The notes under the pieces were generated by a model. That model was not told the origin of the DNA, made no database searches, and saw only the letters and a program-made list of their open reading frames with translations. Source: a virus (taxonomy: Duplodnaviria; Caudoviricetes). From it: DNA of 64,000 bases. This document shows positions 34,679-46,830 of the stretch, one piece after another (within the stretch, counting starts at the first letter, position 1; every line of letters starts with the position of its first letter). The stretch is from IMG/VR virus record IMGVR_UViG_3300028805_000070, positions 69,083 through 133,082 of that record, one strand, 5' to 3'. A program made the translations under genes and the position numbers.

Positions 34679-37177
34679 TCAGAAGACATTAGCTAAAATC
34701 TTATTTATGTCTTCTAGAACATCTAAGTAACTTCCTAAAATAGCCATATTAAGCGTAACTTTAGGTAAACCCTATTCAGCAGTAGCATACCAGTCTCCAA
34801 TGTAATATTCGCGTCCACGATGTGGCGATTTATATTTTTTACTTACCTTATCAGTAGCTTCATTGACTGGATTAAAAATAGTTACTTTTGCACCTGCGTT
34901 ACCGTCTAATACGGCCGTACCTAATGTATTTACACACTTTTCTAATCCTATATATATTAAGTGTAATATATAGGATAAAGGAACATAAAGTTTCCCAAGT
35001 GAAAAAATATGTATTTTAGTAGTGCTCATTGAGCCAATACCTTCAATCTAACTTGCAGCCTATTTTACACTTTCAGCATAATCTTTTAACGACTATGCGC
35101 CAGAAGAAAACATACATACTGCCGCGATAGAACTTAGATAGGTTTCTAATTTATCTTTCTAATTATATCCTAACATGCCAGGACCAGCATTCATAATCGC
35201 ATTAATTAAAAAATTATAATCTAAAGGTGTAATACCACCAAGCTCAAGCATATTATTTATATTCTTTACTTGTTCTTCAATTCCTGCACCAAGGCTGCCG
35301 CCAGAAAAACCGAATTCAGCAGCATTGAATGTAGTAGCAAATTTTTCTGAGCCTTCTATTATGAATAGATTTTGTAGCATATCATGAAGCTTTTGCATAT
35401 CATTAATTTGATATTTTTGCATTAGCTCTTCTGCAATTTTCTAATCTTCCTATTGGGATGCTCGTAAAGTAGCATTTACATCATATTCATTATTAGAACG
35501 TCCTTCCTTTCTGTTGATTTGACGGATATTTTTATATAAGTTGGTTTTTCTTTGAGCTAAAAGTTCAGCAGACATTTTTTGAAGTCTTGTAATATCTTCA
35601 TCTAATAAAGTGTTATCTTCATTCTCGTCATCGTAAGTTGTATATGTAGCGGTTCCAACTGTAATCCAGTCTTCTCTAAAATTCTACTGTCCTAATCGTG
35701 TTGTAAGCGCTTGCATTATTTTAGCTAAATCTAGTGCTCCGCCTGTTTCAGAAGTTATAGTAATGATTTGCTTTTTTGTTGCTGAATCGCTAGATTTAAC
35801 GAGCTCCTCTAATTTGTTTATTAAATTAGTTGTTGAAAGATTTTTATATTCTGGGACTGTCTTACGTAATAATGCCAGGTAAGTATCAAAGTCTTTTTTT
35901 CGTCTGATGTCAAAACGATCTTCTTTAGTAGTATTTAGGCCAGTTCTGCTTTCCAGTTCTTCCAAGCTGTGTAAGTTGTCTACATTCACGCCCGGCATTC
36001 GAGAAATAGCTCGCAAAATTGCAGAGCGGCGTGCTTTAGTTAATCCACTATATTGCGCGCCAGCTTTCCAATTTCCTTTACTTGTGTTTATCTTCTTGGC
36101 ACTGTTAAATATTTTTTCAATTGACTAGTATTGCTATTCTAAAAGGTCTGAATATTCAAAACATGCTTTTAAGCTATCTACCAACTACTTAGTAGCGTCC
36201 GTTCTTATATCATTGGCCGAATCTTCCTATACATCTAAAGGTTCTAATTCTTGATTAAGCTAAGTAAGGTATGCTTGAAAAGTTTTATCAGAAGCTTTTG
36301 CTTGTCGCTATAGTTCTCCAATAAACTAAAACATATAAGCATTTTTATCAGCAAGTTTTGCTTCTTTGCGTATATCTTCATAATCGTATTTAGACTCACC
36401 TAGTGTAATCATTTTTTGCACTATAGCTTCTATTTGTTTCATATCTAACTGGTCTTGTTTGGTTCTTTTTTTTATAAGTCGAATACGCTATAAGCCATTA
36501 GAAAGTAATTCTTCCATATCACTCATAGACTTTGCAACATTTTCACGCGCTTCTTCCACGCGTTCCACACGTGTTTGTAAGCTTAGAGTGTATTTATCAA
36601 CGGGGCCGGTATATTTGTTAGTTTCTGCAACTCGTGCAGCAGCATCTAATGCTTCTTGGTACTTATCATTAAAATCCTTCGCGTGAGCCTATAAGTCTAA
36701 TAGTTCATGCTGTACAGTCTTTATATCTTGATTGAGAATCTTTAATAAAGCCATGAAACGTATATAATCTATTTTCCCATCTTTAAACGTATCAGAAAAT
36801 TCTTGATATAAGTCTGGAGCAAGTTCTAATAATGGTTCAAGTTTTTGCTGAAAGATCGCATACTCATTTGCAGCCTCATATTGTTGGAAGCCTTCAATTA
36901 CCTATAGTATACTTTTTAACGTTTCCATATAGTCTTGCTGCTAGGCATCAAAAGTAGTATCTTGATGAGCAGAACTAAGAGCTCTCATTGCCCGTGTAGC
37001 ATATTGCTTTGCATTGGGCCCATTATATCCTTTTCCTAGAGACACAAAGTAAAAGAAACGGGCACCAGGCTATACAGCCTATTCTGTGAAAAAGTCTTCA
37101 AAGGCGTATCCGGTACCTTTTATATTATGATTCGTACTAATATTATTTTTATATTTAGGGGACTTTTTTCTAGCCAT
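34679..37177 (-). CDS. 832-aa hypothetical protein, possibly virion-associated (21 in-frame TAG)
   Basis: SD AGGAGG + ATG 37177; no in-frame TAA/TGA until 34679; ORF-track fragments 34772, 35159 and 35684 share this frame. Confidence 0.85.
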
Positions 37178-37246
37178 GGTAACCTCCTATCTATATAAAA
37201 ATAAACCTATCTTTCGATAGGTTCTCCTTAATAGTAAGTCTTAAAA

Positions 37247-38092
37247 TTACAGTTGAATTACTTCAATTTCTTCCACTCTATTATTTTTTTCATTATATAC
37301 AAATCCTTGTGCTTCCAATGTTAAGCAATTCAATACATACAACCTATTAGTATTGGCAGTCCCCACATCCATATCAATTTTCGCGCCTGTAAGTCTTTCA
37401 TCTAAATTCCCGACATATTTGCATGGATGTGCTTTACTTAAACTTTTATCTTTCCCATAATACTTTGCGGGTAAGTGCGGTGTTGGAGTATGCCCATATA
37501 CACATATACGATTTGGCGCCCATCCATATCCGAGCATATTTCTATCCCATAGAAGGAGTTCAGCATCTTCTCTATCTGGGATATCACCATTATACTCATC
37601 TTCTGCGACCCGATTAAAGACTTTAGGAATTGTACCTGCATGGCAAAAGTCGATTGTATCTGTGCTAAAAGTAAGCGGTAGCTTATCAATTTGGCTTACG
37701 AAATCATTAGGCATTCCCGCGGCCATCCAAGCCGCTAACGTAGGAAAGCCGCCATTATAGATGCAGTTGATAATCTGAGATACGCAGTTATCCTTTATAG
37801 CTAAAGAATAAAGGTAATTTTTAATAACTTGCTCATCCATCGGCCCATGATAGTCATTCAAAATAAAGCGCGCAGCCGCGACAAACATATCTTCATGATT
37901 ACCTTTCAAATAAACAATTTGCGGATTCTCCAAAAGCTCGCGCATTATTTTATATCCATCAGGCCCACGGTCACATGCATCGCCAAGATACAAAATAAGA
38001 CCTTCCGGATCTTGTTTATAGCAGTAATCTATTGCAGCCTTATATAAATTATAATAGCCATGTACATCAGTAAAACAAAATATGTCGTGCAT
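37247..38092 (-). CDS. Metallophosphoesterase (Ser/Thr phosphatase-like)
   Basis: TDVHG, LGDACDRG, KGNHE, CHAG, YGHTP. Confidence 0.88.
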   Translation of the reverse strand: MHDIFCFTDVHGYYNLYKAAIDYCYKQDPEGLILYLGDACDRGPDGYKIMRELLENPQIVYLKGNHEDMFVAAARFILNDYHGPMDEQVIKNYLYSLAIKDNCVSQIINCIYNGGFPTLAAWMAAGMPNDFVSQIDKLPLTFSTDTIDFCHAGTIPKVFNRVAEDEYNGDIPDREDAELLLWDRNMLGYGWAPNRICVYGHTPTPHLPAKYYGKDKSLSKAHPCKYVGNLDERLTGAKIDMDVGTANTNRLYVLNCLTLEAQGFVYNEKNNRVEEIEVIQL

Positions 38093-38093
38093 T

Positions 38094-38834
38094 TTATCTT
38101 TCCTCTTTCTTAATATACCAATCCAAACCTTTTTCCCACATATCTAAGAGTTTAATATTTTGAAATCCATATAATCCACAGGCTACAAATGGATGTACTT
38201 CTAATGGAATTGTAGTTTCTGTCGTAACCATTACATCTAACGTATAAGCCTTTGGCGCAGTAGTAAATGAATATTCATAAATCATATTATAAATTATTTC
38301 TTTATTTGGAAAGCTTATAGGATTCCCGCTATAGCACTGGCATCCCAATACTTCATTATAATATACAAAAAGTCGATATTCAGCTAGAATGGAATGTAAA
38401 GGGCTGATAGCATATAATCCATTCTTACTAATATGAGGTCTCGCGCTTATATATGGATTCATTAAACTAACCCAACTTTTCATTTTATCAATACGCTTGA
38501 TAAAATATTTATCATTGTCATACCCTAATTTTAATAGTTCTTCACCGGTAAGTTTTTGATATCCAGGAGAATATTTCATTAATACTTCAGGTAATTCAAT
38601 AGGTTTAAGTGAAGTATGATAGTTTGTATTTAACCATTTTCTAGTATGCTCTACACTAGAAATTGGAATTACTTTCAATATGCCTGAAGTTTTACCATAT
38701 TTTGATAGATTATCCGTACGTACTACTTGATCACAATTGTGCTTGTGAAAATGATCACAGATATATTCAATAATTTTTCCATCGGCTTCAAAATTCGTCA
38801 ATGCAGGCATATCTAATACATATAATCTATCCAT
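38094..38834 (-). CDS. ATP-grasp-like protein
   Basis: YFIK, EYRLFV, YTLDV, LEVH, CGLYG. Confidence 0.65.
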   Translation of the reverse strand: MDRLYVLDMPALTNFEADGKIIEYICDHFHKHNCDQVVRTDNLSKYGKTSGILKVIPISSVEHTRKWLNTNYHTSLKPIELPEVLMKYSPGYQKLTGEELLKLGYDNDKYFIKRIDKMKSWVSLMNPYISARPHISKNGLYAISPLHSILAEYRLFVYYNEVLGCQCYSGNPISFPNKEIIYNMIYEYSFTTAPKAYTLDVMVTTETTIPLEVHPFVACGLYGFQNIKLLDMWEKGLDWYIKKEER

Positions 38835-39343
38835 ACTATCACTCCTTTTCTATAAAAATTATAGAATAATTTTAGAAAAAAGTCAAATAAAAAAGAGGGT
38901 TGAATTACTCAACCCAATGAAAATATATACCTAGAACTCCTATAAGAATTAATAGCGCATCTGCGGTAATAAGTCCACGATTAATTTCTTTAGAGTTAGC
39001 TTCAATAATTATCCATAAGGATAAAGTTACAAGGCAACAAAAAATTACCCAACTCATTCTTGCTCCAGTCTCCGAATTTTTCGCTGGAGTTTATGTACAA
39101 TACCCCGATTACCCTCGGGGTCGCGCGCATTTAGCAAATTAATACGAGCTTGATACTTCATAATTAGTGCTTCTTTACTCATTTTCTTCCTCCTCAATAT
39201 TCTCCTTTAAAGGACAATCTTCTGGTTCTACATTATTCCAATATTCCCAATCTATAAAGCGTGATGTTTTTATGCACATCACAAAATTGCCAAATTGGTC
39301 TTTAAAGAAAGGGCATTTATCACATTTGTTCATCATTTGCTCC

Positions 39344-40570
39344 TTATCCATGATACTTCAGCAAGAAGCTGTTGCTTACCGCCTTAAAAGACTTAGTACC
39401 ATCAGTAGAGCGGAATACAATTCCTTCGCGCGGCTTTCCGTCCTTTACAGAGTTGCCATCAGCATATGCAAGGATAGCATCTACATTTTCAAACTGATTA
39501 ATTTTCATACAAGCTTCAAGTACAGGTACACAAGGCACGTTGTATTCTGCAAGAATCTTTGACATCTCTAGAGTACCGACACGGCCCTTAGAAGAAAAAA
39601 TTAGATTAAAGGCGGCAAAATCATGTTCGGTTAGAGAATAGTCACGCCGCTGCACCCCATCACCATAGGTTTCACCCTGAATAGTGATCCATTCTTCTTG
39701 CGGATACTTTTTAAGCATCTCGGAAAGTACGCTAAAAATATTATATTTCTTTGCCATTTCCCAATATACGTTGGTATCATAGTAACAGGGCTTATTTTCT
39801 TCGCCAAAACAAACATTACGTGAACATACATAGAAATTCTTTTTACCGAACTTACCGCGTTTCATAGTGAAAGTAGTGCTAGTACCATCAATCTTCTCAG
39901 TAGCTACCCAGTCACCAGAATCTTCCAGGATCCAAGGCATATTCTGTACACGTTCTTCATCAGTCTTGGAAACCCAAGAAGGCCATCCATTCTTCTTATC
40001 TTTCTTCTTCCCAAAGAAGAAAAACATAATCTTACGGCCCCACTCACGACGCATCATCCAACGCGCCCAAGGCTTTTTAAACAGAGAAGCATGACGCTGC
40101 GCCATTTTCTTATACTTATCTACCGGCGCGGCCTTACGGGCATTATCCTCATCATCTGCATAAGTTACTCCCAGTTTCTTAGTCAGGAAGCGAGATTCAT
40201 CAGTTACATAATGAGGTTTGCCTTCATCATCAATAATTACGGAATGATCATCCATAGCACTATTTTCAGTAGTCCAACCAAAATCAGACGGATGCATAAG
40301 CAAACCCTGAGAAATAGTTTTGCACATCTTCAAAGTCTTAACTTTGTAGTTACGCTTTTCCAGAAAAGCAAAGCACTCCTTATCAGAGGGGACACGAGAA
40401 TCAATTTCGAAATAAATAGCAGGATCGCCGACCTTAAACTGATCTTTCTGTACAATTACGCGCCAACCACCAACGATAGCGTGTTCTACACGGTCATAGC
40501 CAGGAATTGGTTCAATACCATCAATCAGGACTACATAGGCAAGTTCACGTTCTTGATTCTTATTCAGCAT
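39344..40570 (-). CDS. ATP-dependent RNA ligase (DRB0094/Rnl2-like with N-terminal OB domain)
   Basis: YFEIDS, SQGLL, KTDEERVQN, TEKIDGTS, QGE, REGIV, SFKAVSN. Confidence 0.88.
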   Translation of the reverse strand: MLNKNQERELAYVVLIDGIEPIPGYDRVEHAIVGGWRVIVQKDQFKVGDPAIYFEIDSRVPSDKECFAFLEKRNYKVKTLKMCKTISQGLLMHPSDFGWTTENSAMDDHSVIIDDEGKPHYVTDESRFLTKKLGVTYADDEDNARKAAPVDKYKKMAQRHASLFKKPWARWMMRREWGRKIMFFFFGKKKDKKNGWPSWVSKTDEERVQNMPWILEDSGDWVATEKIDGTSTTFTMKRGKFGKKNFYVCSRNVCFGEENKPCYYDTNVYWEMAKKYNIFSVLSEMLKKYPQEEWITIQGETYGDGVQRRDYSLTEHDFAAFNLIFSSKGRVGTLEMSKILAEYNVPCVPVLEACMKINQFENVDAILAYADGNSVKDGKPREGIVFRSTDGTKSFKAVSNSFLLKYHG

Positions 40571-40634
40571 TTAAATCATCCTTTCTCTTTCTTACATAAT
40601 AATTATATCATAAATTTAGAAAATGTCAATTACT

Positions 40635-42793
40635 TTATTTCCATCTTACAATACGCCAATCACTGGCAGCATACGTTACACCATCAATTGTAATTACCAG
40701 CCAGTTACCTGAAATGCGGCAAAAATCACTACATTTTCCTTTAATAATTGAGCCATCCGGCATAATAATCATACCCATACCGTAATCTTCATCCGAGGTA
40801 GATTTAGCGGAAGTATTTATTGAGGTGCATCCAGAAAGCATAATACACATTATGATACATAATAGGATAATTATAATTTTCTTCATTTATCTGTCTCCCT
40901 ATGTTCAATCTTCCATTCACCCAGTGCATTATCGAACCAAACCATTAATGTGACTCTTTGCCCATTTTTCCATCCGTGAACATAAGTTTTTATAAAAGAT
41001 GGATTCGGTATTTCTTCAATTCTATCCATTGCGCCTGATTCAAGTACAACGTCGCCTATTTCATCTTCAAGCCAATCTTTAAATTCATTACTCATTACCA
41101 CAAATCCTCCGAAAATAAGGCGGAGCACTCAGTATCTTTAATCTGCCCGCTAGCTATAGCTAATCGTTTAGCCTGTACTCTAGTATAAAAATGATCACTT
41201 TCATCAAGAAACCCTTGATCTTCTTGAGTGGAAATAAAATCATCCTTCATATACCCAAGTTCTTTTAGAATATAAAAGGCATCGCAATGGCGGTGTACGG
41301 GCAAAATGATTTCTTTATTTTGTCGCTTATCAAAAATACGAACTGCCGCGGATGTAATCATCAACATTCACTCCTTTGAAATATAGAAGAACTCGCTCCA
41401 ACTGCCCACGTCTATCTTAGTCATCCCTTTTTCTTCGTCTTCCCAAATGCGCTTATAGTATGACTTAAATCTAGTCGTGCCAGGGCTTTTTGCCGCGTTA
41501 GCTTGATCAATAAAGTCATCAATAGACCGGTATACATCTGCCCACGTATCGCAGTGTGCGATTTGCCGTATATAACCACGACTGTTTTCAAACCACAGTG
41601 TCATTTTTTTTCTCCTCGCTTTCTTTTACTATTCCATCATACTCTATATTTAGCGGTACCCAAAGGTTAAAGCCGCATTGCGGACAGGTCACATTTTGTC
41701 CTTTAGACACATCATTTGGCCCATATCCTAAAATCGCATAGCAATTGGGGCATCGCGCCAGAAGGCCACCCCATCGTCTATTTAGTACTATCATTTCCAT
41801 AGTTTGCAGTACCATACAATAGTACAGCATTCTCCTTTAATTTCCTTGTGTGCTTTTACTTTCATCTTTAAGTTAATTTCCATACCAACTTCAAAATTTT
41901 GGGCGCCTGTTTCCCAAATATACGTATTGCCTTCGGAATCCACCATATAATGCGTATGCTTTTCACCATATTGGCTTTCGCGCGCGATATTCTCTCGAAT
42001 AGTAACTTTCTTTTGGAGCCATTCGTTTTCGGTGCCTTGGAAGGTACTAGTAGTATTAGCGCGAGGGCGAATAAGATTTGAGACATAGGTTTCTACTTCT
42101 CCATACGGCTTTATTTGCGTCTCATTGACACATATATCCTCCCATTTAAGGACAATCGGAGTGACTCCATCTGGTACATTTTCCACAGGCAAATGCGCGG
42201 GAGTATAAAAATGAAAAATTTCATTATACCAAGCCTTAGGCGGATAAGTAGCTTGCGCCCAATCGCGGATAACGTTTTCATCGCCCTTATAAAGGGTAAT
42301 GAAGCCACCTTCACGAAAGCCAAAAGCATAACGTGCGTTAAAACCATCTTTAATAGGAGTATTGGGATACATCTTGCGGTATTCTGCATCAGAATACCAG
42401 CGCACCTTTTTTGCGCCCTTAGGTGTCAGTACATATACATAGTTCCGTTTATTCTCTTCAAAAGGCTCTCCCTGAATTTCATATGATTCATAAGACTTCG
42501 CTACTGCCACTCTTCTCTCCCCTTTCTATAAAAATTATACCATAAATTTAAAAAAAGTCAAATGATTAAGAAACCATCTGACTGAGAACTAATTTTTCAA
42601 ATTTGTCTGGCGCAATATGCGTATCAAGGAAATCAAACAGCGTTTGAATATGGATAATTTTTTCTTCGTCTTTTAGAATGTAACAACAGCGTAGCTGCTC
42701 TGCTAATGGATTACCAGTTTTGACAAGCGCTGTTCCTTGTATATAAATCTGAGGTATATCCTCGGGCGCGATTATCTTATGTTCAAATGTCAT
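40635..42793 (-). other. Block of short hypothetical ORFs, including a lipoprotein-like ORF 40635-40886 and a 239-aa ORF 41791-42510
   Basis: ORF track, SD sites; LSGC lipobox-like motif. Confidence 0.6.
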
Positions 42794-43395
42794 TAATTTG
42801 TACTCCAAATAGCCTGTATATATTTAGATTTAATAAGCTGCTCGGGCGTCATAGTGACAAGACTGGTTGGACACCCATCGAGATAGTGATTTTCCGCGTA
42901 CTGTAAATCGGAAAAAATTATATCTAGCATATGCTTATTGCGCGCAGGCATAGCGCGCGAACCGTGGTCACGTTCGTGAAGCCACCATTTATATTCATTG
43001 CTATAAGAAAACGCATCGCCCGAATAAGTGCGCCCGGCCGCAAGAAAGTCGCATACCATTTCTACAAAATCATTTTTAGGCATATCGTGTACAATCATAC
43101 CTTCACTAAAATTATCAGCCCAATATGCCCAATGATGTGGATTTCGGCCGCGATGATGTAACCACGCACGTGAATAACCCTGTTGCCGCTTGGCCTCAGT
43201 AATGGGAGAATGTGTACCTGTCCAGAAGCGCGCTGACTCAAAGAATTCGGTAGGAGAATACTTTGATAGGTCATGCTTCCAGCCTCTCCACCTTATACCT
43301 GCTAGGCGGCAGTAATAATGAACCCACTTACGATGGGTTCTAATAGTATTCCAATGTCCAAACATTTTTTTAAATGTTAGTTTCGGATACCGCAT
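42793..43395 (-). CDS. HD-like phage protein (DUF5662-like)
   Basis: HDLSKYSPTEF, AWLHH.GRNPHH, EMVCD. Confidence 0.65.
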   Translation of the reverse strand: MRYPKLTFKKMFGHWNTIRTHRKWVHYYCRLAGIRWRGWKHDLSKYSPTEFFESARFWTGTHSPITEAKRQQGYSRAWLHHRGRNPHHWAYWADNFSEGMIVHDMPKNDFVEMVCDFLAAGRTYSGDAFSYSNEYKWWLHERDHGSRAMPARNKHMLDIIFSDLQYAENHYLDGCPTSLVTMTPEQLIKSKYIQAIWSTN

Positions 43396-43790
43396 TTAAT
43401 CTAACCTCACAATATAATCAAATGGCTGCTTTTCTAGCCAGTTGCGGGTAAACTTATTTACTTTATAGTAATAATATTCGCCATCAGAAACATAGGCTAT
43501 TTCGACATCTTTAATAAAGTCTTCACTTTCTATAAAATCGCCGTATTCATCTTTTGTCATAAAGATATCACTATAGTCTTTCCATGACTCATTCATAGGA
43601 ACAGCGTCAAGAAATAATTCGTTAATCTCTTTAGTAATAAGATTTCCGTTTGTTTCTGTAATTGGCAAGTGTAAGCCTTTTTCATCCAATTGTCCTACAC
43701 CTTCTGCTAATGTTCCTGGTACCCACTGGTTATTTACCTTATAAAGTACTCGTTTGCCCGCTTTAATATCTAGTTTCATTTTATCTCCTC

Positions 43791-44552
43791 TTATAGAATA
43801 TATTTAAGGTAAAACTGCATGAGTTCTTTTTGAAAGTCCTCGATGAGCTTTAAACCTTTTTCTTGTACATTTGCTTTGAACTCGCTGAGTTCAAACTCTT
43901 CTTTTCGTTTATCTAATAGATTAGCAATAATGTCGCATTGCGCATTATAATAATTTTCCAAAGTATCGCTCTGGTCACGTTTAGCATTATACGCTTCCTC
44001 ATAATCTCGCGGCAAAAGCTCAAGTAAATGAGTGACATCAAGACTTTCTGTAAAAACATCCATCATACTATATAGCCGCAGAGCGTGAGAAAAGCGCTTC
44101 CCAGCGGGCATATTGCGCTTAGAAAGCTGATGTGCCATACCAGCCATCGCGTATAGCATATGGCCATAATTACAATGAGCCATATAATTCAGGCAAAACT
44201 GGTCTTCTAGGTACTTCTTTACAATTGACGCATAAGTGGGCTCATAATAACGATACTTGCCCACAAAGCATTCAACGCTATTGGGAGAAGTCTTTTTGAG
44301 AAGATTAAGCGCAAGACGAATGTCTTTATACATACATTTGCCATCTTCTACTTCAAACTCCCCGCTCTTAGGTTCGCGTGCGAACGCTAAATCTTCGGCG
44401 CTAGGAAGAATAAAGGTAAATGTATCAACATCGCTATTTGCATTATTTAATTTATAATTCTGCGAGCCAATTAGCACTGTAAAAACAGGCTCATATCCCT
44501 GTTCTTTTACTTTCATATGATGTGCATAAACATCAGTAAGAATACTCATCAT
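43791..44552 (-). CDS. Nucleotidyltransferase (Pol-beta superfamily)
   Basis: GSQNY.L....SDVD motif; HALRL. Confidence 0.75.
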   Translation of the reverse strand: MMSILTDVYAHHMKVKEQGYEPVFTVLIGSQNYKLNNANSDVDTFTFILPSAEDLAFAREPKSGEFEVEDGKCMYKDIRLALNLLKKTSPNSVECFVGKYRYYEPTYASIVKKYLEDQFCLNYMAHCNYGHMLYAMAGMAHQLSKRNMPAGKRFSHALRLYSMMDVFTESLDVTHLLELLPRDYEEAYNAKRDQSDTLENYYNAQCDIIANLLDKRKEEFELSEFKANVQEKGLKLIEDFQKELMQFYLKYIL

Positions 44553-44634
44553 GTCACTCCCTTTCTTTATATATTATATCAGAAAATAGAAAAAAAGTCA
44601 AGCATTTGATTGCTTGACTTTAAGAAGATTGAAT

Positions 44635-46110
44635 TTATCTAATACTAGAAATTGGCGCATAGCGCTCGCTTTCTAGTACATCCAGCATCATTTCGATTCC
44701 ATCCTTCCCAGAAAGCACACCTTCAAGCGCACTCATAGAGAAGCCGCTGCAATAGGAGAAACCAGGGCCAATTGCAGGAATGTTATTCTGGCGGGCGTCA
44801 AGGTTCCAGAAAATAACGCGAGGAGCAGTATAGCCATAAGACTTCCATTCCCGCATTTTTCTCTCGATAAGAGTATCAATCTGCGAGCGATTCATCGTAC
44901 GGATACGGCTTACATCGCAAGTCAAACCCCTATCGAATTCCATATCACTAAAGATATAAATCGTCTTGGGCATTTCAGCATTGGGCACATGATTACGCAG
45001 GCCAGTTTCCAGCAGCATATCAAACACCGCTTCAAGGTTGGTATTCATTCCCCAATCGGCATCAATAGCACGAGTAAACTTGTCATAAATATCAACACCT
45101 TCAAACTCTACGAGCTGCGGACGGGCGCTGAAAGTAATAAAGTGGTTATGGAACGGTCCCTTGCCGCGTTCTGCAATATAAGCGCCCATAGAAACCGCGG
45201 CTTCCATAGGAGTACCAGTCATACTGCCGCTTACATCGACCACGGCAATTCCGGGCTCTTCGCGCCCATGGTAATAATCCTTTAGATTATCCCAATATTT
45301 CTGCCAAGCCTGGCGCTCCGTACTAGAAGGCTTATTCCACCGTGCATTTAGAATCTGGTGTGCAATTTCTACGGGGTTCAGGACATTAGCATTTACCTTA
45401 GTCTTAGTGTCAGACATAAATGCAGCATAGCGCTCTTTGGTTTCTTCACGGCGCATAAAGGCATTCTTGTAAAGAAGCCCTGCGCGAGAAGGGAGCTTAT
45501 CAAAGGCAATCTGGTCCCACTGGTTCTGACTCATTAGAGTTTCAACCAAGTGGCAAGCCTTACGGCCCTCTGTAAGCATCTTACGATACTCACGAGAAGT
45601 CATACCAAAAGTCTGACGAGTCTTTAGCGCAATGCGCTTAGACTCTTTAGAAGAGCAGTTCTCACTCTTAAGCCACTTATATACAAGATGGTCATCATTA
45701 TGGAAAACCATATTGTGCAAATACTGGAACAGCATCTCCTCGCAAGGAGTGTTTTCAAGCACATAAAGGTCATCATAACGCCCATAGGTAGGAACAGAAG
45801 GAATCAGATGTTCTGCTTCCTCCGGAAAGTGCTGAGCTAGCCACTTTAGACAGACGCGGAAAAATCTACGTTCACCTGCGCCGCCGCGTACGTCACGCAG
45901 ATAGAACAGACATTTCAGCGCCAGAGTAGCATCCTCTTCATACGCTGACTTAAACATATTAATTACGTCCTCGTCAGAACGATTACGCATAGAGCCACCC
46001 ATAGCAAACATGTCTAGCACTTTGTTTAGAGTAGACTTATGGGTAATAGCACCGTTCTCAGTACGAGTATAGTTGGTTTCCTTCTTCATTGCCTTTAGAA
46101 ATTCGTTCAT
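44635..46110 (-). CDS. TROVE/Ro60-like protein with C-terminal vWA domain (DUF2828-like)
   Basis: TENGA, LFYLRDVRGGAGER helical region; MIDAS DVSGSM, NTNLEAVF, IFSDMEFD, IFWNL, SGFS. Confidence 0.75.
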   Translation of the reverse strand: MNEFLKAMKKETNYTRTENGAITHKSTLNKVLDMFAMGGSMRNRSDEDVINMFKSAYEEDATLALKCLFYLRDVRGGAGERRFFRVCLKWLAQHFPEEAEHLIPSVPTYGRYDDLYVLENTPCEEMLFQYLHNMVFHNDDHLVYKWLKSENCSSKESKRIALKTRQTFGMTSREYRKMLTEGRKACHLVETLMSQNQWDQIAFDKLPSRAGLLYKNAFMRREETKERYAAFMSDTKTKVNANVLNPVEIAHQILNARWNKPSSTERQAWQKYWDNLKDYYHGREEPGIAVVDVSGSMTGTPMEAAVSMGAYIAERGKGPFHNHFITFSARPQLVEFEGVDIYDKFTRAIDADWGMNTNLEAVFDMLLETGLRNHVPNAEMPKTIYIFSDMEFDRGLTCDVSRIRTMNRSQIDTLIERKMREWKSYGYTAPRVIFWNLDARQNNIPAIGPGFSYCSGFSMSALEGVLSGKDGIEMMLDVLESERYAPISSIR

Positions 46111-46243
46111 TTTCATTCTCCTTTTCATCTTGACCGTTGTCACGGTTGTGGGATTGATGATAGCCGCATGATTCTATACACTCGAAACAGGGGCTACCAA
46201 TTAAGCATCTTTTGTCTTCTAACATAATTATTATAATCCAATT

Positions 46244-46828
46244 TTAAGAAAAAGTCAAATAATTACCATTTCTTTCCTCTATCCTTTTATTTCTAATGTC
46301 TTCTTTAATTTGTTCTAAGTTCACAGGATAACAATTATGTGCATCCATCTCTACATGATAGCACATTTTGTCCCAATCGGCCCATTTATCCTGAGTATGA
46401 GAATGGCCACACAAATTCGCTACTCGGCGCCATTCTTCATGATTGCAAGTAAGTGTCGGATAGTGCGAGAGATAAAAACTCCACTTTCCAGATTTAATTA
46501 CCGTGGCATAGGAGCTCTCCATTCCCGCAAGAAGGGAGATATTAGGGCAAGTTTCAAGAATACGAGTAACTCGATTAACTGTACAATGATTACCTCTAAG
46601 CCAAATCTGATGTCCCTTTAAACGCTGAATATAAGGAATTGCTGCTTCGGTATCCGAGAGCGTGATGTCTCCCAGATTATAAATAACATCATCGTTGCTC
46701 ACAACCGAATTCCATCGTTCCACAATTGCTTCGCACATTTCTTCTGTGGATTCAAAGCCACGTGGGCGCCAAAGAAAATCTTTGCTATGCATCAGATGTA
46801 AATCTGAAGTTAGCCAGATTTCTCCCAT
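46244..46828 (-). CDS. Calcineurin-like phosphoesterase
   Basis: SDLH, LGD, RGNH, SHYP, GHSH. Confidence 0.85.
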   Translation of the reverse strand: MGEIWLTSDLHLMHSKDFLWRPRGFESTEEMCEAIVERWNSVVSNDDVIYNLGDITLSDTEAAIPYIQRLKGHQIWLRGNHCTVNRVTRILETCPNISLLAGMESSYATVIKSGKWSFYLSHYPTLTCNHEEWRRVANLCGHSHTQDKWADWDKMCYHVEMDAHNCYPVNLEQIKEDIRNKRIEERNGNYLTFS

Positions 46829-46830
46829 TA

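Noticed and set aside
34679-37177. Pseudogene or decayed region
   Set aside because: All 21 interruptions are TAG in one frame with no TAA, TGA or frameshift, which indicates recoding
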